From IMG/VR virus record IMGVR_UViG_3300045988_053840: a stretch of 58,062 bases of DNA, one strand, 5' to 3'. This stretch comes from a virus. Position 1 is the first letter of the stretch; the number at the start of each line of letters is the position of its first letter. Both the position numbers and the translations under genes were made by a program. Shown here piece by piece: positions 51,771 to 58,062 of this stretch. The notes under the pieces are model-generated. The model saw nothing but the letters and a program-made list of their open reading frames with translations. It was not told where the DNA came from and did no database searches.

Positions 51771-52112
51771 ATGAGTAATAAAGTATCTGTATTAGGTACA
51801 GATTATATAATTCTGCAAGATTGTAATACTACAGAGAATTTAAACAATAAAGGGCTTGATGGAGAGACTAATGTCTATTCTAAAATAATAAACATACGCA
51901 ACATGTCTAATATGTTAGATGCTGATAATCCTAATTATGAAAAAGAAGCTAGATTTAAGGAAACAATGAGACATGAGATAATACATGCATTCTTCCACGA
52001 ATCTGGCTTAGAGGATTACTGCAATGATGAAGTATTAGTTGATTGGTTAGCTAAACAGTGGAACAAGATGTCTATAGCATTTCAGGAAGCATTGGAGGAT
52101 TGTAATGAGTAA
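51771..52112 (+). CDS. Putative zinc metallopeptidase (HExxH)
   Basis: ORF track 51729..52112; ATG 51771. MRHEIIHAFFHESGL. Confidence 0.4.
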   Translation: MSNKVSVLGTDYIILQDCNTTENLNNKGLDGETNVYSKIINIRNMSNMLDADNPNYEKEARFKETMRHEIIHAFFHESGLEDYCNDEVLVDWLAKQWNKMSIAFQEALEDCNE

Positions 52113-52491
52113 AAGAGTTGTAAAGATAGATAGAGAAAATCATATATTATGGTTTAACGATGGAAGTAATGAGTATTATACAACAGAAGAAGATAATAAC
52201 ATCATCATTGATAAGGAATATCAGAATGGTAATCATGCCAGCTACTATGGAGGCAAAGATAATCCTTATGAATGTGATAAGGTTATTAATGCTTGGGGAG
52301 CACAAAATAACTGGAGTTTTCAAGATGGCTGGTATTTAGGAACAGTTCTTAGATATCTATGTCGTAATGGCAATAAGGAAGGCAATTCTAAAGAGCAGGA
52401 TTTGCAAAAATGTATAAACTATTTACAAATGTATTTAGATAAACTAAAATCTAAAAGGGAACAAACAGAACCCTTAGATTATACAGAATAG
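52105..52491 (+). CDS. DUF3310-family protein
   Basis: NHASYYGGKDNPYECDKVINAWG...GTVLRYLCRNGNKEGNSKEQDLQKCINYLQMYL. Confidence 0.5.
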   Translation: MSKRVVKIDRENHILWFNDGSNEYYTTEEDNNIIIDKEYQNGNHASYYGGKDNPYECDKVINAWGAQNNWSFQDGWYLGTVLRYLCRNGNKEGNSKEQDLQKCINYLQMYLDKLKSKREQTEPLDYTE

Positions 52492-52503
52492 GAGTAGGAT
52501 AAT

Positions 52504-54093
52504 ATGATTAAAAGATTATTAAGACTTATTCAGGAAGCACTGAATAAAATGTTTGCTACTAAAGATGTAAAAGCGACATTGAGTATATCTATAGATACAA
52601 TATCGCAGGATATGCAGAATGCGATTGATTTATGGCGACAGATGTACAAGGACAACTCACCTTGGCTTGATGATGATGCTGGTATATATTCTTTAGGGCT
52701 TGCCAAGCAGATATGCAAGGAACTACAACAGCAAGTCTTGAGTGAACTTGAAACACATATAAGTGAGCCGGGAGTTAGTGATGATGTAGCTGATGAAGAT
52801 AAGCAAGTTGAGGAAGTAATAGATACAAGAGCTAAATACTTGAATGAAATATATACTAAGAGATTCTTAAAACAGCTTCCACAGGCAATGGAAAAGGCTT
52901 TAGCATTAGGTGGTATGATTATCAAGCCTTATTTTAGCAATAATGATGTATATTATGATTATTGTTATCAAGGTGAGTTCTATCCTATAGCATTTGATGA
53001 TGATGGAAATATTATAGATATAGCTTTCTATGATTCTTTCACCACTGCTGATTATGTGTATACCAAGATTGAGAGACAAGAGTTTATTGCATCTGAACAT
53101 AAGATTATTGTAACCAATACAGCTTATAGGGCAAAGGTTGTTGATAAAGATGATGATACAGTTGAGCAGGATTTAGGAAATGAGATTCCATTAACAGAAG
53201 TGGCTAAGTGGGCTAATTTAGAGCCATATGTGCCTATTGAGAATGTAGAGAAGCCTATGTATGGATATTTCAAGGTTCCAACAGCTAATAACATTGACCT
53301 TAATAGTCCACTTGGAATATCTATATTCAGCCCTGCCACTAAGCTAATAAGAAAAGCAGATGAACAGTTCTCAAGATTGGATTGGGAATACAATGGGGGA
53401 CAGCTTGCGATTGATATAGACCCTAATGCAGTACAATATTCAACCGAATATTATGGCACACAGATGAAGCTGGATAAATGCCAAGATAGACTGTATAGAA
53501 AAGTAGATTTAGGACAGGATGATACCTATAATGCATGGGCTCCAGCTCTTAGAGATGCTAATTATATCAATGGGCTTAATGCTTACCTTTGCAAGATTGA
53601 GGATATCATAGGACTTGCAAGAGGTACATTAGCACAGGTGGACAGTGAAGCAAGAACAGCTACAGAATTAAAGTTGTTAAAACAAAGGACATATATAACA
53701 GTATCAGCCATTCAGGAATCTATGGAAAAGGCTATTAAAGATATAGTATATGCTACTAATGTATTAGTATCTTTGTATAATCTTGCTCCGGAAGGTGACT
53801 ATGATACTATTATTGAGTGGCAGGATAGTATATTAACGGATACAGATACAGAGCTTGAGCAACAGCTTAATCTCAAGCGTGAAGGTATTATAAGCAAAGC
53901 AGAAATAAGAGCTTGGTATAAGGGAGAACCATTGGAAAAGGCACAGGAAGAGATAGCGGCTATGGAAAAAGAGGCACAGCAACAGCGATTAAATGATATA
54001 TTCTCAGGTATGCCTTCTACAACACTTGAGAACAATGGTGTAGATGATGAGACAAGCAAGGAAAAACAGACTAAGCAAGAAGAAGAGGAGTGA
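52504..54093 (+). CDS. Portal protein (SPP1 gp6-like)
   Basis: 529 aa, directly after the terminase block, with an acidic C-terminus. Confidence 0.75.
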   Translation: MIKRLLRLIQEALNKMFATKDVKATLSISIDTISQDMQNAIDLWRQMYKDNSPWLDDDAGIYSLGLAKQICKELQQQVLSELETHISEPGVSDDVADEDKQVEEVIDTRAKYLNEIYTKRFLKQLPQAMEKALALGGMIIKPYFSNNDVYYDYCYQGEFYPIAFDDDGNIIDIAFYDSFTTADYVYTKIERQEFIASEHKIIVTNTAYRAKVVDKDDDTVEQDLGNEIPLTEVAKWANLEPYVPIENVEKPMYGYFKVPTANNIDLNSPLGISIFSPATKLIRKADEQFSRLDWEYNGGQLAIDIDPNAVQYSTEYYGTQMKLDKCQDRLYRKVDLGQDDTYNAWAPALRDANYINGLNAYLCKIEDIIGLARGTLAQVDSEARTATELKLLKQRTYITVSAIQESMEKAIKDIVYATNVLVSLYNLAPEGDYDTIIEWQDSILTDTDTELEQQLNLKREGIISKAEIRAWYKGEPLEKAQEEIAAMEKEAQQQRLNDIFSGMPSTTLENNGVDDETSKEKQTKQEEEE

Positions 54094-54097
54094 TTAA

Positions 54098-55264
54098 ATG
54101 CTTTCTGATTCTAAATTAACAGATTATTCCTACATTGTAGCGGCTAGATTTGAAGCCATTAACACGCATTATATAAAACTAATGGCTAAACAGATAAAGG
54201 AGATAGGACAACTATCTCCTTCTAATATCTACCGACTGCAACAGATGACTAAAATGCAACAGAATATTGATACTATTAATTATTTACTGGCACAGGAAAC
54301 AGGAAGAACACTTGAAGAATTATATCAAATCTATGATATGAGTGGAATGTCTTTATACGGAGATACTTATAAGCTCTATACTGCAAGAGGTATATCACAA
54401 GTGCCATTTGAACAGAATACAGCAATACAACAGTATTTAGAAAGCATGAAACAGCTTACATCTAATACATTTGTTAATCTATCAAATACAACAGCATTGT
54501 ATGAGCCTTATAGACATTTGGTTGATACAGCTATAGATGCTATAGTAAGCGGAACAGGTTCCTATGATGCACTTATAAGAACACAGCTTACAGATACATC
54601 TCTTTCTCCACTTGTAAGAAATGCTGATGAGGGATTAAGAATCACATATGCAAGCGGACAGACAAGGCGATTAGATAGTGCTATTCGTATGAATGTATTA
54701 GATGGTGTTCGAGAAGTTAATAATGGTATTAGAGAGCAAGTCGGAAAAGAGTTTGGTGCAGATGGTGTAGAGGTAACTGTTCATGCTTTATGTGCCGCTG
54801 ACCATATAGATATTCAAGGACGACAGTTCAGTAAAGAAGAGTTTGCTAGAGTTAATGGTGCATTAAGAAGAAAGATATCTACATGTAATTGTAAACATGC
54901 AACATTCCCGATTATCTTAGGTGTATCTGAACCAGCTTATACAGATGAAGAACTTGCTAACTATAAGGCTAACAGTGAGCAGAAAGTGACTATAGATGGC
55001 AGAGAAATGACTAAATATGAAGCTACACAGGTTCAAAGAAAGGTTGAAACAGAAATACGGAAGGCAAAAGATAAAACTATCTTTGCAGAAAACTCTGGAG
55101 ATACAGAATTAGCAAAGCAAGCTAAAGCAAGGGTTGAAACACTAAAAAAGCATTATAACAATGTTTCTAGACAAGCTGGATTAACTCCTAAAATGGATAG
55201 AACTTATGTACAAGGTTATACAGGAAAGCAGGTAAAACCTAAGTCAATTAAATTAAGTGTATAA
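54098..55264 (+). CDS. Minor capsid / head morphogenesis protein (SPP1 gp7-like, minor capsid protein 2 family)
   Basis: 388 aa after the portal gene. VTVHALCAADHIDIQGRQFSKEEF region. Confidence 0.6.
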   Translation: MLSDSKLTDYSYIVAARFEAINTHYIKLMAKQIKEIGQLSPSNIYRLQQMTKMQQNIDTINYLLAQETGRTLEELYQIYDMSGMSLYGDTYKLYTARGISQVPFEQNTAIQQYLESMKQLTSNTFVNLSNTTALYEPYRHLVDTAIDAIVSGTGSYDALIRTQLTDTSLSPLVRNADEGLRITYASGQTRRLDSAIRMNVLDGVREVNNGIREQVGKEFGADGVEVTVHALCAADHIDIQGRQFSKEEFARVNGALRRKISTCNCKHATFPIILGVSEPAYTDEELANYKANSEQKVTIDGREMTKYEATQVQRKVETEIRKAKDKTIFAENSGDTELAKQAKARVETLKKHYNNVSRQAGLTPKMDRTYVQGYTGKQVKPKSIKLSV

Positions 55265-55303
55265 AAAAATAAGACCTACTCGATTATGAGTAGGTCTTTA
55301 TTA
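55263..55303. terminator. Bidirectional terminator between convergent genes
   Basis: aagacctactc (55271-55281) pairs with gagtaggtctt (55288-55298). An A tract lies upstream and a T-rich tract downstream. Confidence 0.75.
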
Positions 55304-55708
55304 TTACCAAGCTCTATCACCATTAAGAGCCACTCCAATAGATTCTGCATGTTTATCCGGAGCTGTTACAACATTATGATTATCACACACTCTTCTTCCT
55401 ATGTATCTTTCTGTAACACAAGCTATGGAAGTTAAATGCCTGCCGTCAGTAGTTTCAAATTCCAACTCAAATTTATAAAGATACTGTTTTTCTGGTGACA
55501 TATTTATTATCTTAATTAGTTTCGCTTTCTTATTTTCCAATGGTACTCCATATATTCTATGCCCTATATCAGTTATTATGTAATAATTACCTATTTCATA
55601 TTTAGGCTTTGAAGTATTCAACCATATGAACTGGTCAAGTAATTTCTTTCCTTTAGTATCCTCCTTTTCCATTAATTTCTGCAAAGTGTTTAATTCTGAT
55701 TTTGTCAT
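55304..55708 (-). CDS. Hypothetical protein: the only minus-strand gene, inserted in the head operon
   Basis: ORF track 55304..55744. ATG at 55708 (MTKSELNTLQKL...) lies 7 nt after AGGAGG on the minus strand. The gene has its own promoter and terminator. Confidence 0.6.
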   Translation of the reverse strand: MTKSELNTLQKLMEKEDTKGKKLLDQFIWLNTSKPKYEIGNYYIITDIGHRIYGVPLENKKAKLIKIINMSPEKQYLYKFELEFETTDGRHLTSIACVTERYIGRRVCDNHNVVTAPDKHAESIGVALNGDRAW

Positions 55709-55756
55709 ATAAAGACCTCCTATAATATGTATTAGATTACTCATATCCTATAATTT

Positions 55757-55785
55757 ATTATAACATATTGTAATACATAAATCAA
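55757..55785 (-). promoter_or_regulatory. Leftward promoter (TTGATT-17-TGtTATAAT) for the minus-strand gene
   Basis: On the minus strand: TTGATT (55785-55780), 17-nt spacer containing tatgtattacaata, TATAAT (55762-55757). Confidence 0.55.
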
Positions 55786-55789
55786 TAGA

Positions 55790-56034
55790 AGTTATCCACA
55801 ACTTCCAAAAAAGTTATCAACAAAAATAAAAGTTATTCACATAGTTATCAACATATTAACATAGTTATTAACATAAAATTGTTGATAACTTTTATTTTTG
55901 ATATAATTGTGGATAACTATGTTAGTAACTTGTTGATAACTATGTGGATAAGTCAAAAATGTGTATAACTTTTAAAAAATTGTTAATAACTTTGTTGATA
56001 ACTATTTACATTGTTGATAACTTTGTGTATAATA
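55790..56034. repeat. Array of 15 DnaA-box-like 11-mers (consensus AGTTATCMACA; 5 rightward, 10 leftward)
   Basis: Rightward cores at 55792, 55814, 55833, 55845, 55865. Leftward cores at 55880, 55908, 55920, 55931, 55943, 55960, 55981, 55993, 56012, 56024. Three are perfect TTATCCACA. Confidence 0.8.
56005..56033 (+). promoter_or_regulatory. Rightward promoter (TTTACA-17-TATAAT) for scaffold/capsid genes, overlapped by DnaA-box-like repeats
   Basis: TTTACA at 56005-56010, TATAAT at 56028-56033. Boxes at 56012-56020 and 56024-56032 lie in the spacer and -10. Confidence 0.5.
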
Positions 56035-56104
56035 CAAAATGTAAATAATCCATATTCCAGAAAGTGGAATTAAAAAAATATTTTAGATTAAAGGAGACAA
56101 CGAT

Positions 56105-56737
56105 ATGAAAAACATTTATGAAATCTTGAAGTCTTTTGGGCTTGAAGTTCCAGAGGACAAGAAAGCGGATTTTGACAAGATGCTTAATGAAAACTATAAG
56201 ACACAGGCAGAAGTCAATAATCTTAATGGTAAGCTAACTAAGGCAGAAAGTGAAAGGGATGCTTTACAAGTCAAGTATAATGATGATATTAAACAGCGTG
56301 ATACTGACCTTGCAGATTTAAAGCAGAAACTTGCTGATGCAGGAACTGATGCAGAAACATTAAAGAATCTTCAGACAGATTTTGATACCCTGAAGACCAA
56401 TTATGCTAATGCTCAGGCTGATTATCAGAAACAGCTTAATAAGCAGGCTTATGAGTTTGCTATTAAGGAAAAGACTAATGGCTTACAGTTTACAAGTAAC
56501 TCTGCTAAGAAAGCATTTTTAAGCGATGCTTTAGCAAAGAATCTTACTATGGACAATGGCAATATATTAGGCTTTGATGATTTTGTAAATGCTTATAAGG
56601 AGCAGGATGCAGGTGCATTTGTAGTAGAAACCACTACAGAAGAACCTAAGCCGCCCATGTTTGGTTCTAAGTCTACTAAGAAGGATGAACCTAGTCCTAA
56701 GGCAGATGAACCTAAAGAAAGACCATTAATTTGGTAA
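56105..56737 (+). CDS. Scaffolding protein (GP20-family-like)
   Basis: Coiled-coil Ala/Lys/Asp/Gln-rich 210-aa protein immediately before the capsid gene. Confidence 0.7.
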   Translation: MKNIYEILKSFGLEVPEDKKADFDKMLNENYKTQAEVNNLNGKLTKAESERDALQVKYNDDIKQRDTDLADLKQKLADAGTDAETLKNLQTDFDTLKTNYANAQADYQKQLNKQAYEFAIKEKTNGLQFTSNSAKKAFLSDALAKNLTMDNGNILGFDDFVNAYKEQDAGAFVVETTTEEPKPPMFGSKSTKKDEPSPKADEPKERPLIW

Positions 56738-56757
56738 TTTAGAAAGGAGATTAAAAA

Positions 56758-57885
56758 ATGCCAAGAATTACATCATTAGAAGTATTACTTGACCCACAGG
56801 GTAAGATGCTTTTATCAGAAGCATACGATGGAGTTATTGAGAATGTGCAGAAAGCTACAATCTCAGGACAGTTAAAGAACACAGATTTATCTGGAGACCC
56901 AACAGCAGGCACAGTAGAAGCGAAGAGATTCGTTAATGCTAAGTCTAACGCCTATGGTACAGCCAGAGGAAAGGGTAAGGGTGAGCTTGTAAAAGGTAAG
57001 CCAGTAACAATTCCTATTGATACAGACCGAGAGTTTATTGAAGAAGTTGAACAGAAGGATGTATCCCTTTTAGGTGTTGATGGACTTATTACAAGAAGAA
57101 GTGCTAACCATGCAATGCAGATGGCTAATGAGCTTGATAGAGCTTTCTTTGCAGAGTGTGTTGCTAGTGGTACACAGTTTACACCATCTACAGAAGCAAC
57201 AGCAATCCAGGATATTATTGAGGAAGCTATTGTAACACTTGAAACACTCAAGAATGATTATATTGATGGTATTCCAAGAAATATGTTATCTGTAGAAGTT
57301 ACACCAGCAGTATATAGCAAGATGAGAAAGTACCTTGATGAGGTTGTTCATAACGCTAATGTTGACACAGCGGCTGAAACATTTGACAGATTTCATGGTG
57401 TTAGATTTATTTCAACAATCAACATGCCAGCAGGTTGTGACTTTATCGTTCAGGTTGATGGTTCTGTAGCACAGCCAGTAAGAAGTCAGGCATATTCAGC
57501 AGAAAAGATTCCAATGTCTGAGGCTTATGCTATTGAGTTATTCTTCTACTATGGTACTAAGGCAGTCACACCAGAAACAATCCTCTTCTACTCTGCTACA
57601 GGTACAATGACTGTTATTTCTAAGGCAGGCACAGAAACAGGTAAGACAGCTCTTACAGTTTCTCCAACTAAGACAGGCACTAACACATATTCTTATAAGA
57701 CAGCAGAATCCGTTGATGTTCCTAAGTTAGGGGCAACAGTAGAAGGATATACAGCTTGGAATGGTACAGATGAAATCACAGCCACAACAAACAATGATAT
57801 TGTTGTAGTTGAGCTTACAGCAACAGATTCTAAGGTTGTAAGAGCTGGTAAGACTAAAGTAACATCCAATGCGGATAGTGAATAA
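56758..57885 (+). CDS. Major capsid protein with C-terminal Ig-like domain
   Basis: 375 aa after the scaffold gene, with a strong RBS. The C-terminal about 90 aa is Thr/Val/Gly-rich and beta-like (TMTVISKAGTETGKTALTVSPTKTG...). Confidence 0.75.
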   Translation: MPRITSLEVLLDPQGKMLLSEAYDGVIENVQKATISGQLKNTDLSGDPTAGTVEAKRFVNAKSNAYGTARGKGKGELVKGKPVTIPIDTDREFIEEVEQKDVSLLGVDGLITRRSANHAMQMANELDRAFFAECVASGTQFTPSTEATAIQDIIEEAIVTLETLKNDYIDGIPRNMLSVEVTPAVYSKMRKYLDEVVHNANVDTAAETFDRFHGVRFISTINMPAGCDFIVQVDGSVAQPVRSQAYSAEKIPMSEAYAIELFFYYGTKAVTPETILFYSATGTMTVISKAGTETGKTALTVSPTKTGTNTYSYKTAESVDVPKLGATVEGYTAWNGTDEITATTNNDIVVVELTATDSKVVRAGKTKVTSNADSE

Positions 57886-57900
57886 TCAAGGAGGTAGCAT

Positions 57901-58062
57901 ATGAGATTACAGCTAAATAGTGGTGTAATCTTGAATACCGACAATGAATCTTTAATTCAGCAGTACCTGAAATATGGTGCTGTTGAATATAAAGAGCCAG
58001 TGGAGGCTATTGTTGAAGAAGCACCTAAAACAGAAGATGTTGTTGAAGAAGCACCTAAAACA
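57901..58062 (+). CDS. 5' part of small ORF that runs off the window end and resumes at nt 60 after removing the overlap (63 aa in the circular genome)
   Basis: ATG 57901 follows AAGGAGG. There is no stop before 58062; the frame continues to TAG at 87-89. Confidence 0.55.
   Translation, partial: MRLQLNSGVILNTDNESLIQQYLKYGAVEYKEPVEAIVEEAPKTEDVVEEAPKT
58004..58062. repeat. Terminal direct repeat copy 2 (identical to 1..59)
   Basis: Direct read. Confidence 0.9.

Noticed and set aside
7879-54059. Remaining minus-strand ORFs in the track, for example 7879..8142, 9243..9725, 10284..10556, 11060..11248, 11986..12186, 12709..13204, 14125..14394, 17407..18126, 18388..19347, 20170..20364, 22962..23147, 24118..24387, 25052..25739, 29370..29802, 31574..31804, 32328..33278, 34946..35967, 36520..36771, 38417..38653, 39313..40418, 41718..42410, 43577..43941, 45591..45776, 47129..49626, 50169..51714, 52530..54059 (also 56952..57944).
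   Set aside because: All lie antisense within + strand genes that have recognisable products or tight operon packing. All mapped promoters and terminators in these regions face rightward. The only minus-strand ORF with its own signals is 55304..55708.
1-58062. Search for a lysogeny module (integrase, CI/Cro switch, attP), CRISPR arrays, transposases, group I introns or inteins.
   Set aside because: None recognised. There are no recombinase-like ORFs, no repeat-spacer arrays, and the polymerase, terminase, helicase and other large genes are uninterrupted. This is based on visual motif recognition only, so HMM searches should confirm it.

Overview
The window is one complete, AT-rich dsDNA phage genome of about 58.0 kb. 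Nt 1-59 repeat nt 58004-58062, and an ORF reads through that junction, so this looks like a circular assembly. All genes but one lie on the + strand.

Layout:
- 0.1-11.1 kb: head-tail joining and siphovirus tail genes (major tail protein, Gp15-like protein, 871-aa tape measure, baseplate and receptor-binding proteins).
- 11.1-13.3 kb: lysis genes (glucosaminidase endolysin, Dp-1-type holin, membrane proteins).
- 13.4-16.1 kb: an 8-gene accessory cassette bounded by terminators.
- 16.2-49.7 kb: early and middle genes, split into units by eight near-identical TTGACA-17-TACAAT promoters. Products include an SNF2 helicase, replisome organiser, DnaC-like loader, DnaB-like helicase, primase, tRNA-Gln, SSB-like protein, family-A DNA polymerase and a 7-deazaguanine DNA-modification cluster (dpdA, GuaD-like deaminase, queC, queD, queE, folE). 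Also a sliding clamp, Cas4-like nuclease, RuvC-like resolvase, RecA-like recombinase, cone-less NrdR-like protein, ThyX-like protein, a clamp loader (DnaX, delta-prime, delta), a sigma factor, a MazF-like toxin and a SleB-like hydrolase.
- 49.8-58 kb: packaging and head genes (TerS, TerL, portal, minor capsid, scaffold, major capsid).

I recognised no integrase, repressor module or CRISPR array.

Most unusual observations:
1. Fifteen DnaA-box-like 11-mers lie in the intergenic region beside the only minus-strand gene, in the middle of the head operon. A terminator at 39.1 kb is built from the same boxes.
2. A sigma-factor gene is translationally coupled to a MazF/PemK-like toxin gene with no canonical antitoxin.
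3. The dPreQ0 cluster carries a guanine-deaminase-type enzyme and a DpdA with a triplicated N-terminal start motif.
4. Several structured or repeated non-coding elements occur (19.6 kb interleaved helices, 46.9 kb long leader, a 30-nt motif present twice).
5. Sporulation-flavoured genes are scattered through the genome.

All functional calls come from reading the translated ORFs by eye. No database search was run.
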